DNA of 64,000 nucleotides from an uncultured Actinomycetes bacterium (GCA_963834415.1 CAWIBP010000003.1:89289-153288), one strand, 5' to 3'; counted from the first letter of the stretch, positions 47,603 through 58,481 are shown. The notes: generated by a model from the letters alone, not told the origin. Numbers and translations: made by a program.

Positions 47603-48349
47603 TTACCGCCGCAGCTCGTAGAGCGCGAGCGCTCCGGCGATCGCCACGTTGAGCGAGTCCGTGCCCTCGGCGAGGGGGATGCGCGCGATCGCATCGGCAC
47701 CCGCCACCACGTCGTCCGGGAGGCCCGTGCGCTCGCCGCCGAGCGCGAAGGCGATCGGCGCCTCGGGCGCGAGCTCCGCGAGCGTGCTCTCGCCCTTGGC
47801 GTCGAGCGCGACGACCGCGAGCGGCGGCGCCTCGCGCATCGTGATCACCGGCACCGAGTAGAGCGCGCCCATGCTCGCGCGCACCGCCCGTGGCGAGAGC
47901 GGATCGGCGCAGCCCTCGGCGAGCGCGACGTGCGCGGGCCCGAGGCCCTGGGCCGTGCGCAGGAGCGTGCCGAGGTTGCCGGGGTCGGACGACTCCGTGC
48001 AGGTGCAGGCCGACCTGGGCCTCGCGCGCGAGTCGCGGGCGAGCGGCGGGAGGTCGTTGGCTCGCAGCACGCCGACGGCCCGACTCGTGTGCGAGAGCGA
48101 CGAGAGCGCCTGCATGACCTCGGCCGTGCAGCGCAGCACCTTCGCGCCCGCGGCGAAGAGCTCGTCGGCGATGCGGTCGCTGCCGAGATCGTCGTCGACG
48201 AACGCCTCGACCGGGACGACGCCGGCCGCGAGCGCGGCACGTAGCGCATCCTCGCCCTCGTCGACGAAGAGCCCGGTGCGCTTGCGTTCCTTGGCCTCAC
48301 CGAGCCCGCGCGCGGCCTTGACGCGTGCATTCGCCCGACTCGTGATCAT
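47603..48349 (-). CDS. TrmH/SpoU-family RNA 2'-O-methyltransferase (probable compensating frame breaks near 48040 and 48000)
   Basis: Reads MITSRANARVKAARGL...DPGNLGTLLRTAQGLG...ALGGERTGLPDDVV...ARIPLAEGTDSLNVAIAGALALYEL. The stretch RARPRSACTCTES reads as EAQVGLHLHGV in the alternate frame, which fits the family better. The ORF track starts at GTG 48373. Confidence 0.8.
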   Translation of the reverse strand: MITSRANARVKAARGLGEAKERKRTGLFVDEGEDALRAALAAGVVPVEAFVDDDLGSDRIADELFAAGAKVLRCTAEVMQALSSLSHTSRAVGVLRANDLPPLARDSRARPRSACTCTESSDPGNLGTLLRTAQGLGPAHVALAEGCADPLSPRAVRASMGALYSVPVITMREAPPLAVVALDAKGESTLAELAPEAPIAFALGGERTGLPDDVVAGADAIARIPLAEGTDSLNVAIAGALALYELRR

Positions 48350-48395
48350 GCGGGCAGCCTGCTCGCGGCGCACGCCGGCCGGCGGGCACGACCGT

Positions 48396-48434
48396 GCGCG
48401 CCGGAGCGCGGCCGGCGTCCGCGCTCCGGCGCGC
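48396..48434 (-). terminator. 15-bp perfect GC hairpin downstream of rplT (candidate intrinsic terminator)
   Basis: GCGCGCCGGAGCGCG - GCCGGCGTC - CGCGCTCCGGCGCGC, about 75 nt after the rplT stop. No U-tract. Confidence 0.45.
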
Positions 48435-48508
48435 CCAGCACGAATCGCACCGTCTGCGCATGCGACGAGCGCGGGTGATCGTGGAGTCTCACCCGCTACC
48501 GCCGCAGG

Positions 48509-48868
48509 TCACTGCGCGAGCGCCGCCTTGGCGCGCTCGGCGAGCGCTGCGAACGTCTTCGGCTCGTGCACCGCCAGATCGGCCAAGACCTTGCGGTCGA
48601 CGGTGACCTCGGCCCGCTTCAGCCCGTTGATCATCTGGCTGTAGGAGAGACCGTGGATGCGCGCTGCCGCGTTGATGCGGACGATCCACAGCCGGCGGAA
48701 GTCGCGCTTGCGCACGCGCCGGTCGCGGTAGGCGTACTGCAGGCTGTGCTGCACCTGCTCTTTGGCGCGGCGGTAGACCTTGGACTTCAGGCCCCAGTAG
48801 CCGGAGGCCTGGGCGAGAACCTTGCGGCGCTTCTTGCGCGCATGAACGGATCGCTTGACGCGGGTCAT
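48509..48868 (-). CDS. rplT: 50S ribosomal protein L20
   Basis: Intact 119 aa. Reads [26 protein letters not shown]...[26 protein letters not shown]. Confidence 0.95.
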   Translation of the reverse strand: MTRVKRSVHARKKRRKVLAQASGYWGLKSKVYRRAKEQVQHSLQYAYRDRRVRKRDFRRLWIVRINAAARIHGLSYSQMINGLKRAEVTVDRKVLADLAVHEPKTFAALAERAKAALAQ

Positions 48869-48884
48869 TGAAAGGCTTCCTTCC

Positions 48885-49082
48885 TCAGCGCAGCCGGAGA
48901 AGGCCCTTGACGAGCTTCTCGTCAGAGTGCGCGACTGGCTGATCCTGACGGAAGGCGCGCTTCCGCTTCGGCGACTTCTTCTCGAGAATGTGCGAGCGCA
49001 TGCCGTGACGGCGCGTCAGCTTGCCGCTGCCCGTCAGCTTGAAGCGCTTCTTGGCGCCGGAGTGGGTCTTCATCTTTGGCAT
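48885..49082 (-). CDS. rpmI: 50S ribosomal protein L35
   Basis: Intact 65 aa. Reads [42 protein letters not shown]. Confidence 0.95.
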   Translation of the reverse strand: MPKMKTHSGAKKRFKLTGSGKLTRRHGMRSHILEKKSPKRKRAFRQDQPVAHSDEKLVKGLLRLR

Positions 49083-49980
49083 CAGGTGCTCGTCGGTTCC
49101 GGTTCTGGTTCGGGGGCGGCTTCCGCAGCGGGCGCGGCGGCCTCGGCGGCGGGCTTCGCTGCCTTGGGCTTTGCGACTCTCGGCTTGGCTGCGGGCTTCG
49201 CGGCCTCGGCCTTGGGCTTCTCGTCGGACGGTGCTGCTCGCGCTCGGCGGCGCTGCGGCGGGCTTCGCTGCTGCCTTGGGCTTGGCGGCTGCCTTGGCCG
49301 CGGGCTTCGCGGCTTCGGCGGGTGCAACTTCGGGCTCTGCGTGCCTCGGCCCCTGCCGCCGCGTCGGCGGGCGGAGCCGAGGTCTCTGTCGGTGCTTGGG
49401 CGGGGGCCTCGTTCGGCCCCGGCTTCGTGGGTGGCAGCTCTCTGACAGGCGCCAGCAGCATCACCATGTTGCGGCCGTCCTGGATCGGCGCGGACTCGAT
49501 CACGCCGAGCTCGGACACATCTTCTGCGAGCCGTTCGAGCAGCGCTCTGCCGCGCTCGGGATGGCTCATCTCGCGCCCGCGGAACATGATCGTGACCTTG
49601 ACCTTGTCGCGCTGGCGCAGGAAGCGTACGACATGGCCCTTCTTCGTGGCGTAGTCGTGCGGGTCGATCTTGGGGCGGAGCTTGATCTCCTTGATCGTGA
49701 TCGTGCTCTGGTGCTTGCGCGCCAGCTTCTGCTTCTGCTCCTGGTCGTAGCGGTACTTGCCGTAATCCATGACCCGGCAGACGGGCGGATTCGCGTCGGG
49801 CGCGACCTCGACGAGGTCGAGATTCTTGGCCCACGCGTACTCCAGTGCCTCGTCGCGCGCCTTGACGCCGATCTGCGATCCGTCGTCGTCGATCAGCCGC
49901 ACCTGCGGTACGCGGATCGTCTCGTTGACACGGGTGCGCGGCTCTGCCGGACGCACATCCTGACCACCGCGCGGCCTCAC
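49082..49980 (-). CDS. infC: translation initiation factor IF-3 with about 115-aa Ala/Lys/Pro-rich C-terminal tail (two frame breaks inside the tail)
   Basis: GTG at 49980. Reads [64 protein letters not shown]...[26 protein letters not shown]...[16 protein letters not shown]. The tail is read across three frames: [31 protein letters not shown]... [47 protein letters not shown]. The TGA overlaps the rpmI ATG by 1 nt. Confidence 0.85.
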
Positions 49981-50151
49981 TGGCGCTTCACCGAATGCTT
50001 CAACCTGCTCCTCTCATGCGCAGGGCGGCACCCGGCGTGCACGTACTGGACTTGCACGACCCGACGCGGCGAAACGTTCTCTGACCGGCGGGTGGGAAAC
50101 GGGTGGCGCCTCCACTTTGACAGCTGAATGATACACGCCGCACGTTGCGGG

Positions 50152-51114
50152 TCATTCGGAGAACAGCGCGCGTGCGAATGCCTCGGCGTCGAAGGGTCGC
50201 AGATCCTCGAGCCCCTCCCCCATCCCGATCAGCTTGATCGGGATCCCCATCTCGTGAGCGATCGCGATCGCGATGCCGCCCTTGGCGCTGCCGTCGAGCT
50301 TCGTCAGCACGAGCCCGGTGACATCGGCGGCCTGCGTGAACAGGCGTGCCTGCTGGAGGCCGTTCTGACCGGTGGTGGCGTCGATCGTGAGCAGCGTCTC
50401 GTGGGGCGCGCCGTCGAGCCGCTGCGCGATCACGCGGCGCACCTTCGAGAGCTCCTCCATGAGGTGCTCCTGCGTGTGCAGGCGTCCCGCGGTGTCGACG
50501 ATCACGACGCGGCGGCCGCGCGCGACGCCCGCGCTGACCGCGTCGAACGCGACCGCGGCGGGATCGGAGCCGCTCGCCGAGCCCACGAAGTCGGCCTGCG
50601 CGCGGCCGGCCCAGGTCTCGAGCTGCTCGGCGGCTGCGGCCCGGAACGTGTCCGCCGCGCCGATCACCACGCTCGCCCCGGCCTCGTGCAGCTGATAGGC
50701 GAGCTTGCCGATCGTGGTCGTCTTGCCGGTGCCGTTGACGCCGACGACGAGGATCACCGCGGGGTCGGCACGGAGATCGAGCGCGCGCCGCTCGAGCGGC
50801 TCGGCGAGCCGCTCGGCGATGATCCTCTGGAGCGTCTCGCGCAGCTCGTCCGGCGTGTGCAGCCGACCGGCCGCCGACTCTGCCTCGAGCGCCTGCACGA
50901 TCTCGACGGTCGCCGGCACCCCGACGTCGGCGGCGATCAGGAGCTCCTCGAGGCGCTCCCAGACGTCGTCGTCGTTGGGGTCGAAGGCGAGCTCGTTGAG
51001 CCCCTGGGCGAGCGCTCGGCTGGAGCGGCCGAGGTTCTCGCGCAGGCGCGAGAAGAACCCGCGGCGCCGCCCCTCCGGCTCCGCGCGCTGCTCCGGGGCC
51101 GGTGCGAGGCCCAT
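50152..51114 (-). CDS. ftsY: signal recognition particle receptor FtsY
   Basis: Intact. ATG at 51114 follows AGGAAG; the ORF track starts at GTG 51138. Reads GFFSRLRENLGRS...ILVVGVNGTGKTTTIGKLA...VVIGAADTFRAAAAEQL...VIVDTAGRLH...LTKLDGSAKGG. Confidence 0.92.
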   Translation of the reverse strand: MGLAPAPEQRAEPEGRRRGFFSRLRENLGRSSRALAQGLNELAFDPNDDDVWERLEELLIAADVGVPATVEIVQALEAESAAGRLHTPDELRETLQRIIAERLAEPLERRALDLRADPAVILVVGVNGTGKTTTIGKLAYQLHEAGASVVIGAADTFRAAAAEQLETWAGRAQADFVGSASGSDPAAVAFDAVSAGVARGRRVVIVDTAGRLHTQEHLMEELSKVRRVIAQRLDGAPHETLLTIDATTGQNGLQQARLFTQAADVTGLVLTKLDGSAKGGIAIAIAHEMGIPIKLIGMGEGLEDLRPFDAEAFARALFSE

Positions 51115-51140
51115 CAGCACTTCCTGCCAGCTGGACACGG

Positions 51141-54100
51141 CTAGACGGCCACGGGCTCGCGCGCGCGGCGCGAGAGCACGGTCGAGACGCCGTCACCGGC
51201 CATCGAGACGCCGTAGAGCACGTCGGCGATCTCCATGGTCAGCTGCTGGTGGCTGATGATGATGAACTGCGCGCGATCGCGATAGCGCTCGATCAGCTCG
51301 AGGAAGCGCGCGATGTTGGCGTCGTCGAGCGCTGCGTCGACCTCGTCGAGCACGTAGAACGGCGAGGGCCGCGCGAGCATCAGCGCGAACAGGAACGCGA
51401 GCGCGCCGAGCGAGCGCTCGCCGCCCGAGAGCAGCCCCATCGAGGCGAGCCGCTTGCCGGCGGGCTGGATCTCGAGCTCGACACCCGGCTCGGCCGGCTC
51501 GGCGGCGACGGGCTCCGCCGGTCGCCTCGCCCCGACTCGTCGAGCGCGGGCTCCGGCGCGGTCAGCACGCAGCGCCCGCGCCCGCCGGGGAAGAGCGTGC
51601 CCACGACCTCGTCGAAGCCCTCCTGCACCTGCGCGAAGGTCGCCGCGAAGCGCTCGCGGATCTCGCGCGTGAGGCTGCGGATCACGCGCTCGAGCTCGCG
51701 GATCGCCGCCGCGAGGTCGTCGACCTGCGTGCGCACGTCGTCGAGCCGCTCGCGCTGCTCCTCGAGCTCCTGCTTGGCCAGCGGGTTGACCGCGCCGAGC
51801 TCGCCGCGGCGGCGCTCGAGGCGCTCGACGCGGGCCGACAGCCCGGCGAGCTCCTCCGGCGGCAGCGGCTCGACCGCATCGACGGCGGCCATGCCGTGCT
51901 GCTCGGCGAGCTCGGCGGCACGCGTGCGCAGCTCGGCGAGCCGCTCCTCGGCGTGCGCAGCCTCGCGTTCCAGCGCGCCTGCACGGGCGGCGGCGTCGCG
52001 CTCGGCGCCCGAATGCTCGGCCTCGTCGCGCGCGCACTCGCGCAGGGCGGTCGTGAGCGCCTCGCTGCGGCGCGTGAGCTCGGCGCCGCGCTGCACGAGC
52101 GGCGCGCGGGCGCTGTCGGCAGCGGCCCGGCAGGCTTCGAGCGCGGCTGCCAGCGCCGCGCCGTCGCCGCTCGCGAGCAGCGCGAGGGCCTCGCCGCGCT
52201 CGCGCGTGCGCCCCGCGTTGCGCTCGGCGGCTGCGCGTGCGGCCACCAGGCGCTCGCGCTCGCTGCGTGCGTGCCCGGCCCGCTCGGCCACGGCGGCGCG
52301 CTCGGCGCGTGCCGTGCGCGACGCGCTCGGCCAGGGTGCTGCGCACACGCTCGGCCTCGGCCGCCTCGGCATCGGCGCGCGCGGCGGTCTCGCCCGCGGC
52401 CGCGGCGTCGCGCGCGAGCGCCGGCGGACTCGCGCTCGGCGTCCTCGACGGAGGTCGTCAGGTCGAGGCGCAGCTGCTCGGCCTCGTCGCGCTCGTGCTC
52501 GGCGCGCTCGGCCGCGCGGGCCGCGCGATCACGAGCTGCAGCCGCCTCGCGCTCGGCCCGCTCGGCGCCGACGAGCGCGCTGCGGGCGTCTGCGCAGCGC
52601 CTCGGCGAGCGTGCCCTCGGAAAGCTCGCGCGTCGCGAGCTCGGCCGCCGCGGTGGCCGCCTCGCTCTCGCGCCGCGCGCTCTCGGCGCGCCGCGCGCCC
52701 GGCCGCGGCGTGCGCGCCCTCGAGCTCGCGGCGCGCGCGCAGCAGCGCCGCCTCGCCGCTCGCGCCGGAGCGGAACGCGACGCTGCGGTCGGCGTCGTAG
52801 CCGAGCCCGTCGCGGGTCACGGCGATGCCGCTCGCGCACGCCCGACGAGCGCGGCGGCGTCGGGCACCAGCCAGACCCCGTCGAGCAGGCCGGCAGGCGC
52901 GCGCTCGGTCAGGCGGACGTGGGCGGCGAGCGGCTCGGCGCCGGCGGGTGCGGTCGCGCGAGCGGCCGCCGGCCGGCCGACGTGGAGCGCGCCACCCTCG
53001 GCCTCCGCCGACTCGAGCAGCGCCAGCGCGGTCGCGAGATCATCGGCGCAGGCGAGCGCGGCACAGCGCTCGAGCGCCGCCGCGACGGCCAGCTCGTACG
53101 CCGGCCTCGGGCTCCACCAGCGCGAGCGCGAGCGTCGCGCCCTGCCGCACCAGCTCGGCCAGCGACGGCGCGATGCCGTCGGCGCGCTCGACCGCTGCGG
53201 CGAGCGCCTCGGCGCGGGCCGTCGCGGCGACAGCGGCCGAGGCGGCCTCTGCGGCCAGGCGCTGGGCCTCGCGCACGCGGCCGCGCACTGCATCCACGTC
53301 GGCGCGGGCGGCACCCTCGGCTGCGAGCGCGGTCTCGTGCGCGGCACGCGCCGCCGCCGCGGCGGGCTCGGCCTGGGCCAGTGCGCGCCTCGGCAGCTGC
53401 GGCCTCGGCGCGCGTGCGCTCGGCGTCCTGCAGCACCTGCGCCCGGCGCTCGGCGATCTGGGCGGTGCGCGCGCGCTGGGCGGCCAGCGCGGCCTCGGCA
53501 TGCGCGGCCCGACCTGTCAGCTCGGCGGCCTGCCGGCGCGCCGCGAGGGCCGCCGCCCCGCTCTCGGCTCGCGCGGGCCGCGGCGGTCGCGAGCTCGGCC
53601 TCGTCGAGCGGGGCGAGCGCCGCCTCCGCCGCGCTCAGGCGCTCGGCGGCCTCGACCGCGGCATCCGCCAGCACGGCGAGCGACGCGGTCTCCGCAGCCA
53701 GGCGCTCGGCCAGCTCGCGCTCGCGCGCGGCCTCGGCGGCGACGTCGGCGAGGCGCTGCGTGAGCGCGTCGCGGCGCGAGCCCAGGCGCTCGACGGCGGT
53801 CGCCAGCGCGATGCCGTGGGCGGCGGCGGCTTCCTGCTCGCCGAGGATGCGGGCAAGCTCTTGCTCGGCCCGTGCGCGGCGCGCGGTGATCTCGGCGACG
53901 TGCGCGGACGCGGCATCCCGCTCGGCGCGCGCGCCGGCGAGCTCGCGCTCGCGCTCGCCGCGGGTGCGGCGCGTCTCGGCCAGCGCGGAGGCGAGCAGGC
54001 GCAGGCGCAGCTCGGCGATCTGGCGGGCGAGCACCTCGGCCCGCTCGGCGGCGGTGGCCTGCAGCTCGAGCGGCTTGAGCCGCGCGCGCAGCTCGCGCTC

Positions 54101-54682
54101 GACGTCGCCCGCGCGCTCGAGATCGGCGGCGACGCGCGCGAGCTTGGCCTCGGCGCGCTGGCGGCGGCGCTTGAACTTGCCCAGGCCGGCGGCCTCCTCG
54201 ACGAGGCCGCGGCGCTCGTCGGGCCGCGCCAGCAGCACCTGGTCGACGGTGCCCTGGGCGATGATGCAGTGCAGCTCGCGCCCGAGCCCGGCCTCGGCCA
54301 GGAGGTCGCGCACGTCGAGGCGGCGCACCGCCTGGCGGTTGAGCAGGTAGTCGCTGTCGCCCGCGCGGTCGAGCCGGCGCATCACCGAGAGCTCGCTGCG
54401 CGGCACGCCGACGCGGCCGTCGCTGTTGTCGAGCACGAGCTCGACCTCGCAGACGCCGCTCGCCGCGTGCTGCTCGGAGCCCGCGAAGAGCACGTCCTGG
54501 CCGGTCTGCGCGCGGATCTGGCTGGGCGGCTGCGAGGCCATGGCCCACTGCAGCGCGTCGGCGATGTTGGACTTGCCCGAGCCGTTCGGGCCGACCACGA
54601 CCGACACGCCGCCCTCGAAGCGCAGCTCGATCGGATCGCGGAACGACTTGAAGCCGCGCAGCCGGATCGCGCTCAGGTGCAC
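51141..54682 (-). CDS. smc: chromosome partition protein Smc (many frame breaks, mainly 51480-53600)
   Basis: The N-terminus is intact for about 400 aa: VHLSAIRLRGFKSFRDPIELRFEGGVSVVVGPNGSGKSNIADALQWA... followed by coiled coil. C-terminus: LFPGG.../IQPAGKRLASMGLLSGGERSLGALAFLFALMLARPSPFYVLDEVDAALDDANIARF...FIIISHQ. The GTG start overlaps the end of rnc. Confidence 0.88.
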
Positions 54683-55347
54683 AGGTGGCCCTCGCTGTCG
54701 ACGCGCAGCAGCGCTGCCTGCGCGGCCGCCTGCTCGGAGGCCTTCTTGGACGGGCCCTCGCCGGGCCGAGCAGCTCGTCGCCGAGCAGGGCGGCGGACGT
54801 GAAGCTGCGGCGGTGCGCTGGTCCGGTGGACTCCATCAGCCGGTAGCTTACGGACGACCCCTGACGTGCCAGCCGTTCCTGCAGTTCCGTCTTGTGATCG
54901 ACGAAGCCCTGCTCGCCGTATTCGATGCGCTCGCGGAAGGCCTCGACCACCGCGTCGGCGGTCTCGCGATAGCCGTGATGCAGGAACGCGGCGCCGATCA
55001 CGGACTCGCTCAGCGCCGCCAGCATGTTGCGGTTCGTCTCGATGCGCGGCTCGGCGCCACGCGCACGCGCTCCTGCTCGAACGCTCCGCGAGCTCGAGCG
55101 CACGCGCGACGATCGCGCAGGACGGACGCGAGACGACGTAGGCGCGCTGCTGCGCCAGCCGGCCCTCGTCGACGTCCGGGGCACGGCGATAGAGCTCCTC
55201 GGCGACCGCGAGACCGAGCACGCAGTCGCCGAGGAACTCCAGTCGCTCGTAGGACTGGACGCGCTCGCCGACCCAGGACGAGTGGGTGAACGCGCGCCGC
55301 CGCAGCTCATCGGGGAGCTGCTCGACGAGCGTTGCGAGCGCGGACAC
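54673..55347 (-). CDS. rnc: ribonuclease III (about three frame breaks)
   Basis: GTG at 55347. Reads FTHSSWV...SYERLEFLGDCVLGLAVAEELY (signature) / NRNMLAALSESVIGAAFL.../DHKTELQERLARQGSSVSYRL...GPAHRRSFT (dsRBD) / GEGPSKKASEQAAAQAAL. Confidence 0.8.
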   Translation of the reverse strand: MSALATLVEQLPDELRRRAFTHSSWVGERVQSYERLEFLGDCVLGLAVAEELYRRAPDVDEGRLAQQRAYVVSRPSCAIVARALELAERSSRSACAWRRAAHRDEPQHAGGAERVRDRRRVPASRLSRDRRRGGRGLPRAHRIRRAGLRRSQDGTAGTAGTSGVVRKLPADGVHRTSAPPQLHVRRPARRRAARPGEGPSKKASEQAAAQAALLRVDSEGHLCT

Positions 55348-55355
55348 GCTCGGCG

Positions 55356-55601
55356 CTAGGAGGCGTTCTCCATGATGTAGTCGACCGCCTGGTTGACCGT
55401 CTTGATGCCCTGCGCTTCCTCGTCCGGGATCTTCACGCCGAACTGATCCTCGAGCTCCATGATGAGCTCGACGAGATCGAGGGAGTCGGCGTCGAGATCG
55501 TCCTGGAAGGACGCCTCGGGCGTGACCTGGGCCTCGTCGACTCCGAGCTGCTGGACGAGAATCTGCTTGACCTGGTCGAGGACTTCTTCGCGCGTCGCCA
55601 A
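55356..55601 (-). CDS. acpP: acyl carrier protein
   Basis: Intact 81 aa. Reads [24 protein letters not shown], with the phosphopantetheine Ser in DSL. Confidence 0.95.
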   Translation of the reverse strand: MATREEVLDQVKQILVQQLGVDEAQVTPEASFQDDLDADSLDLVELIMELEDQFGVKIPDEEAQGIKTVNQAVDYIMENAS

Positions 55602-55694
55602 CGTGCCTCCATCGGTAGAGCGGTGTGCGGCCGGGCGAGCGTAGCACGCGCACGGGTGGGGTGGCAGTGGGAAACCCCGTGCGGGCTGCTCGGT

Positions 55695-56742
55695 CTAGGT
55701 CGTGCCGGCCGTATCGGTTTCGGGCGCTGCGATGGTATCTGCGGCGCGCGGCTCAGGATGCACGCGTCGCGCGATGTCCTCGATCAGCCCCTCGCGCACG
55801 CCGCGGGCGGCATGGCTGAGCGCATTCGCGATCGCGATCGAGCCGGAGTCGCCGTGCGCCTTGACGGCGATCGCGCGCAGGCCGATCAGGTAGGAGCCGC
55901 CGTAGGTGTCGGGGTTCACCTTGTCGCGCAGCGGCTGCAGCTTGGGCCGCAGCAGCAGGCCGCCGAGCTTGCCCTGCCAGGACGACGTCGCCGCCTGCCG
56001 GATCTCGTCGAACAGCCACGCGCCGGTGCCCTCGAGCAGCTTGAGCACGACGTTGCCGGTGAAGCCGTCCGTGACGACCACGTCGACGGCGCCGAGCGGC
56101 ACGTCGCGGCCCTCGATGTTGCCGGCGAAGCGCAGCCGGTCGTCGTCGGCGAGCAGCCGGTAGGAGTCGAGCACGAGGCGGTTGCCCTTGCCCTCCTCGT
56201 GGCCGTTCGAGAGCAGGCCGACGCGCGGCTCGTGCACGCCGAGCACGCTCGCGGAGAAGGCCGTGCCCATGTGCGCGAACTGGTGCAGCTGATTCGGCCG
56301 CGGATCCGGCGTGGCGCCGATGTCGAGCACGACGATCGGGCCCTTCGCCGAGGGCAGCGGCTGCACGATCGCCGGCCGCAGCACGCCCGGCAGGCGGCGC
56401 AGCTCGAGCAGACCGGCCGCGAGCACGGCGCCGGTCGCGCCGGCCGAGACGGCGGCCTCCGCACGGCCCTGGTGGACGAGGCGCATGCAGGTGACGACGG
56501 AGGCGTCGTCGTGCTCGCGCGCGGCGCGCGCGGGCTCCTCCTCGTGCTTGATCACGTACGGCGCGTGCACGACCTCGATGTCCGGGTCGTCGCGGACGAG
56601 CGGGTCCAGCAGCTCCGCCGGACCGCAGACGCAGCACGCGGAGATCGCCGCGCGCCACTGCGTCGCGCGCTCCTGCGACGATCGCCTCCGGGCCCTGGTC
56701 GCTGCCCATCGCGTCGAGCGCGACGGTGACCGTGGCGCTCAC
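55695..56742 (-). CDS. plsX: phosphate acyltransferase PlsX (frame break near 56637)
   Basis: GTGA overlap with the rpmF stop. Reads VSATVTVALDAMGSDQGPEAIVAGA / ...VSAGATGAVLAAG...LDIGATPD...GLLSNGHEEGKGN...VVVTDGFTGNVVLKLLEG...IAVKAHGDS. Confidence 0.85.
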
Positions 56743-56918
56743 GCCTCGAGCGGCTCGATCTCGCGCCCCTTGTAGGTCTTGCAGGTGGGGCACATGTGAT
56801 GGGCGCGCGTGGGCGACCCGCACTGGGCGCAGACGACGACCGCGATCGCGGTGGGCACGCCCTGGTAGCGGCGCTTGTCGCGACGGGATTTCGAAGTCTT
56901 CTTCTTGGGGACCGGCAT
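56739..56918 (-). CDS. rpmF: 50S ribosomal protein L32
   Basis: Reads MPVPKKKTSKSRRDKRRYQ...CAQCGSPTRAHHMCPTC (59 aa). Confidence 0.92.
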   Translation of the reverse strand: MPVPKKKTSKSRRDKRRYQGVPTAIAVVVCAQCGSPTRAHHMCPTCKTYKGREIEPLEA

Positions 56919-56956
56919 GCTGCGCGTGAAGCCTAGCGGACGGGACCGCCGAGCAG

Positions 56957-57454
56957 CTACAGCAGCTCGCGGAGTCGCTCCCAGCGCGCGTCCTTGGGCG
57001 GCTCGCAGCCGCACGCGACGAGGTTGCGGTCGGCGCCGCACTGCGGGCACAGGCCCGCGCAGTCCTCGCGGCAGCGGATCACGATCGGCAGCGAGAGGAT
57101 CGCGGCGTCGGTGGCCCAGCGGTCGACGTCGAGCCGCTCGCCCTCGAGGTACGGCGTCGTCTCCTCGTCCTCGACGGCGATCTCGTCGGCCTGGTACTCG
57201 CGGGCGTCGACGTCGAGCACGATGCGCGCGTCCTCGAGGCAGCGCTGGCACGGCCCGATGATCGCGGCCTCGAAGGCGAGGTCGAAGAGCAGCCCGCCCG
57301 CGAGGCGGGTCAGGCCGAGCTGCGCCCGGATCTCCTCGGGCTCGGCGCGGTACTCCTGCCGGCCGGCCGTGAACGGGACGATCGTGATCGGCACGTCCAC
57401 GCGGCGGTAGTCGCCGGGAACGAGCCTCAGTGTGCGGAGGTCGACGTGCGTCAT
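56957..57454 (-). CDS. YceD/DUF177-family protein (ribosome large-subunit accumulation protein)
   Basis: 165 aa from ATG 57454. C-terminal CREDCAGLCPQCGADRN..CGC motif. Canonical position upstream of rpmF. Confidence 0.85.
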   Translation of the reverse strand: MTHVDLRTLRLVPGDYRRVDVPITIVPFTAGRQEYRAEPEEIRAQLGLTRLAGGLLFDLAFEAAIIGPCQRCLEDARIVLDVDAREYQADEIAVEDEETTPYLEGERLDVDRWATDAAILSLPIVIRCREDCAGLCPQCGADRNLVACGCEPPKDARWERLRELL

Positions 57455-57483
57455 CTCAGGAGCGAACGATTGCCCGCGCGGGA

Positions 57484-57960
57484 TTATTCGTCGAGATCGA
57501 GCGCGGACGGCTCGTCGGAGCGCCGCTGCAGCTGCTCGCGGCCGCGCTGCACGGCCGTCAGGAACTTGCCGAGGTTGACCTCGAGCGTCGCCAGGATCTC
57601 GTCGGCGTAGTCCTCGGCGCCGAGGCGCACCTCGCGCTCGCGGCGGCGGGCCTCGCCCAGCAGCGAGCGCGCCTGCTGCTCGGCCTGGCGCACGACCTCC
57701 TGCTGCGAGGCCAGCTCCGCGGCGCGCTCGCGCGCCTCCGCGACGAGGCGCTCGGCCTCGCGCTTGGCCTCGGCGAGCATCTCCTGGCGTTCCTTGACGA
57801 TCCAGCGCGCCTGCTTGATCTCTTCCGGGATCGTGGCGCGCATCTGGTCGAGGATCTCCCAGATCTCCTCGCGGTCGATCCGGACCTGGTCGGTCAGCGG
57901 CACCGCTTTCGCGCCGTGCACCAGCTCGTCGAGCTTGTCGATGAGGACGAGGACATCCAT
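57484..57960 (-). CDS. coiled-coil protein of unknown function (often mis-annotated as ATPase subunit B/H-like)
   Basis: Intact 158 aa. Reads MDVLVLIDKLDELVHGAKAVPLTDQVRIDREEIWEILDQMRATIPEEIKQARWIVKERQ..., a Glu/Arg-rich helix. Confidence 0.6.
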   Translation of the reverse strand: MDVLVLIDKLDELVHGAKAVPLTDQVRIDREEIWEILDQMRATIPEEIKQARWIVKERQEMLAEAKREAERLVAEARERAAELASQQEVVRQAEQQARSLLGEARRREREVRLGAEDYADEILATLEVNLGKFLTAVQRGREQLQRRSDEPSALDLDE

Positions 57961-57968
57961 GCAGTCTC

Positions 57969-58481
57969 CTAGAGGGTGCGCCTCGCGAAGGCCTCGGCCA
58001 CGACCGGCGGCACGAAGTCCGCGATCGGGCCGCTGAAGGCCGCGAGCTCACGCACGCCGCTCGACGAAAGGAAGCTGTGACGGGGCGACGACATCAGGAA
58101 GACGGTCTCGATCTCCGGGGCGATTCGTTTGTTGAGGTGCGCCATCTGCAGCTCCCACTCGAAGTCGGAGACGGCACGCAGTCCCTTGACCAGCGCACAT
58201 GCCCCCCACGCCCGCGCGTATTCGACGACCAGCGTGGAGAACCCTGCCACGACGACGTTCGGGAAGGGCGAGAGCACCGACTCGAGCAGCTCGAGGCGCT
58301 CCTCGATCGTGAAGAACGGCTCCTTGTGCTTGGGCTGGCGGACGACGCCGACCACGATGCGGTCGAACATGCTCGACGCGCGCTCGATGATGTCGAGATG
58401 GCCATAGGTGACGGGATCGTAGGTACCGGGACAGAGCGCAGTGCGGCCTGCAGCGGTCGACGGCGTGACGTCAGGGGCCAT
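57969..58481 (-). CDS. coaD: pantetheine-phosphate adenylyltransferase
   Basis: Intact. Reads CPGTYDPVTYGHLDIIERA...VVGV...KGLRAVSDFEWELQMAHLN...ETVFLMSSPRHSFLSSSGVRE. Confidence 0.92.
   Translation of the reverse strand: MAPDVTPSTAAGRTALCPGTYDPVTYGHLDIIERASSMFDRIVVGVVRQPKHKEPFFTIEERLELLESVLSPFPNVVVAGFSTLVVEYARAWGACALVKGLRAVSDFEWELQMAHLNKRIAPEIETVFLMSSPRHSFLSSSGVRELAAFSGPIADFVPPVVAEAFARRTL

Noticed and set aside
49100-49400. Short tandem DNA repeats (GGCTTCGC / CTTGGG units) considered as a CRISPR-like or satellite array.
   Set aside because: The repeats are imperfect and have no spacer structure. They translate into the AKPAA-type tail of IF-3, so they are coding low-complexity sequence.
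51102-54802. Plus-strand ORFs of 1082 aa (51102..54350) and 968 aa (51896..54802).
   Set aside because: They are antisense to smc. Their composition is dominated by Arg/Ala/Ser/Pro with no motifs. The smc reading on the opposite strand has clear Walker A, signature and Walker B motifs.
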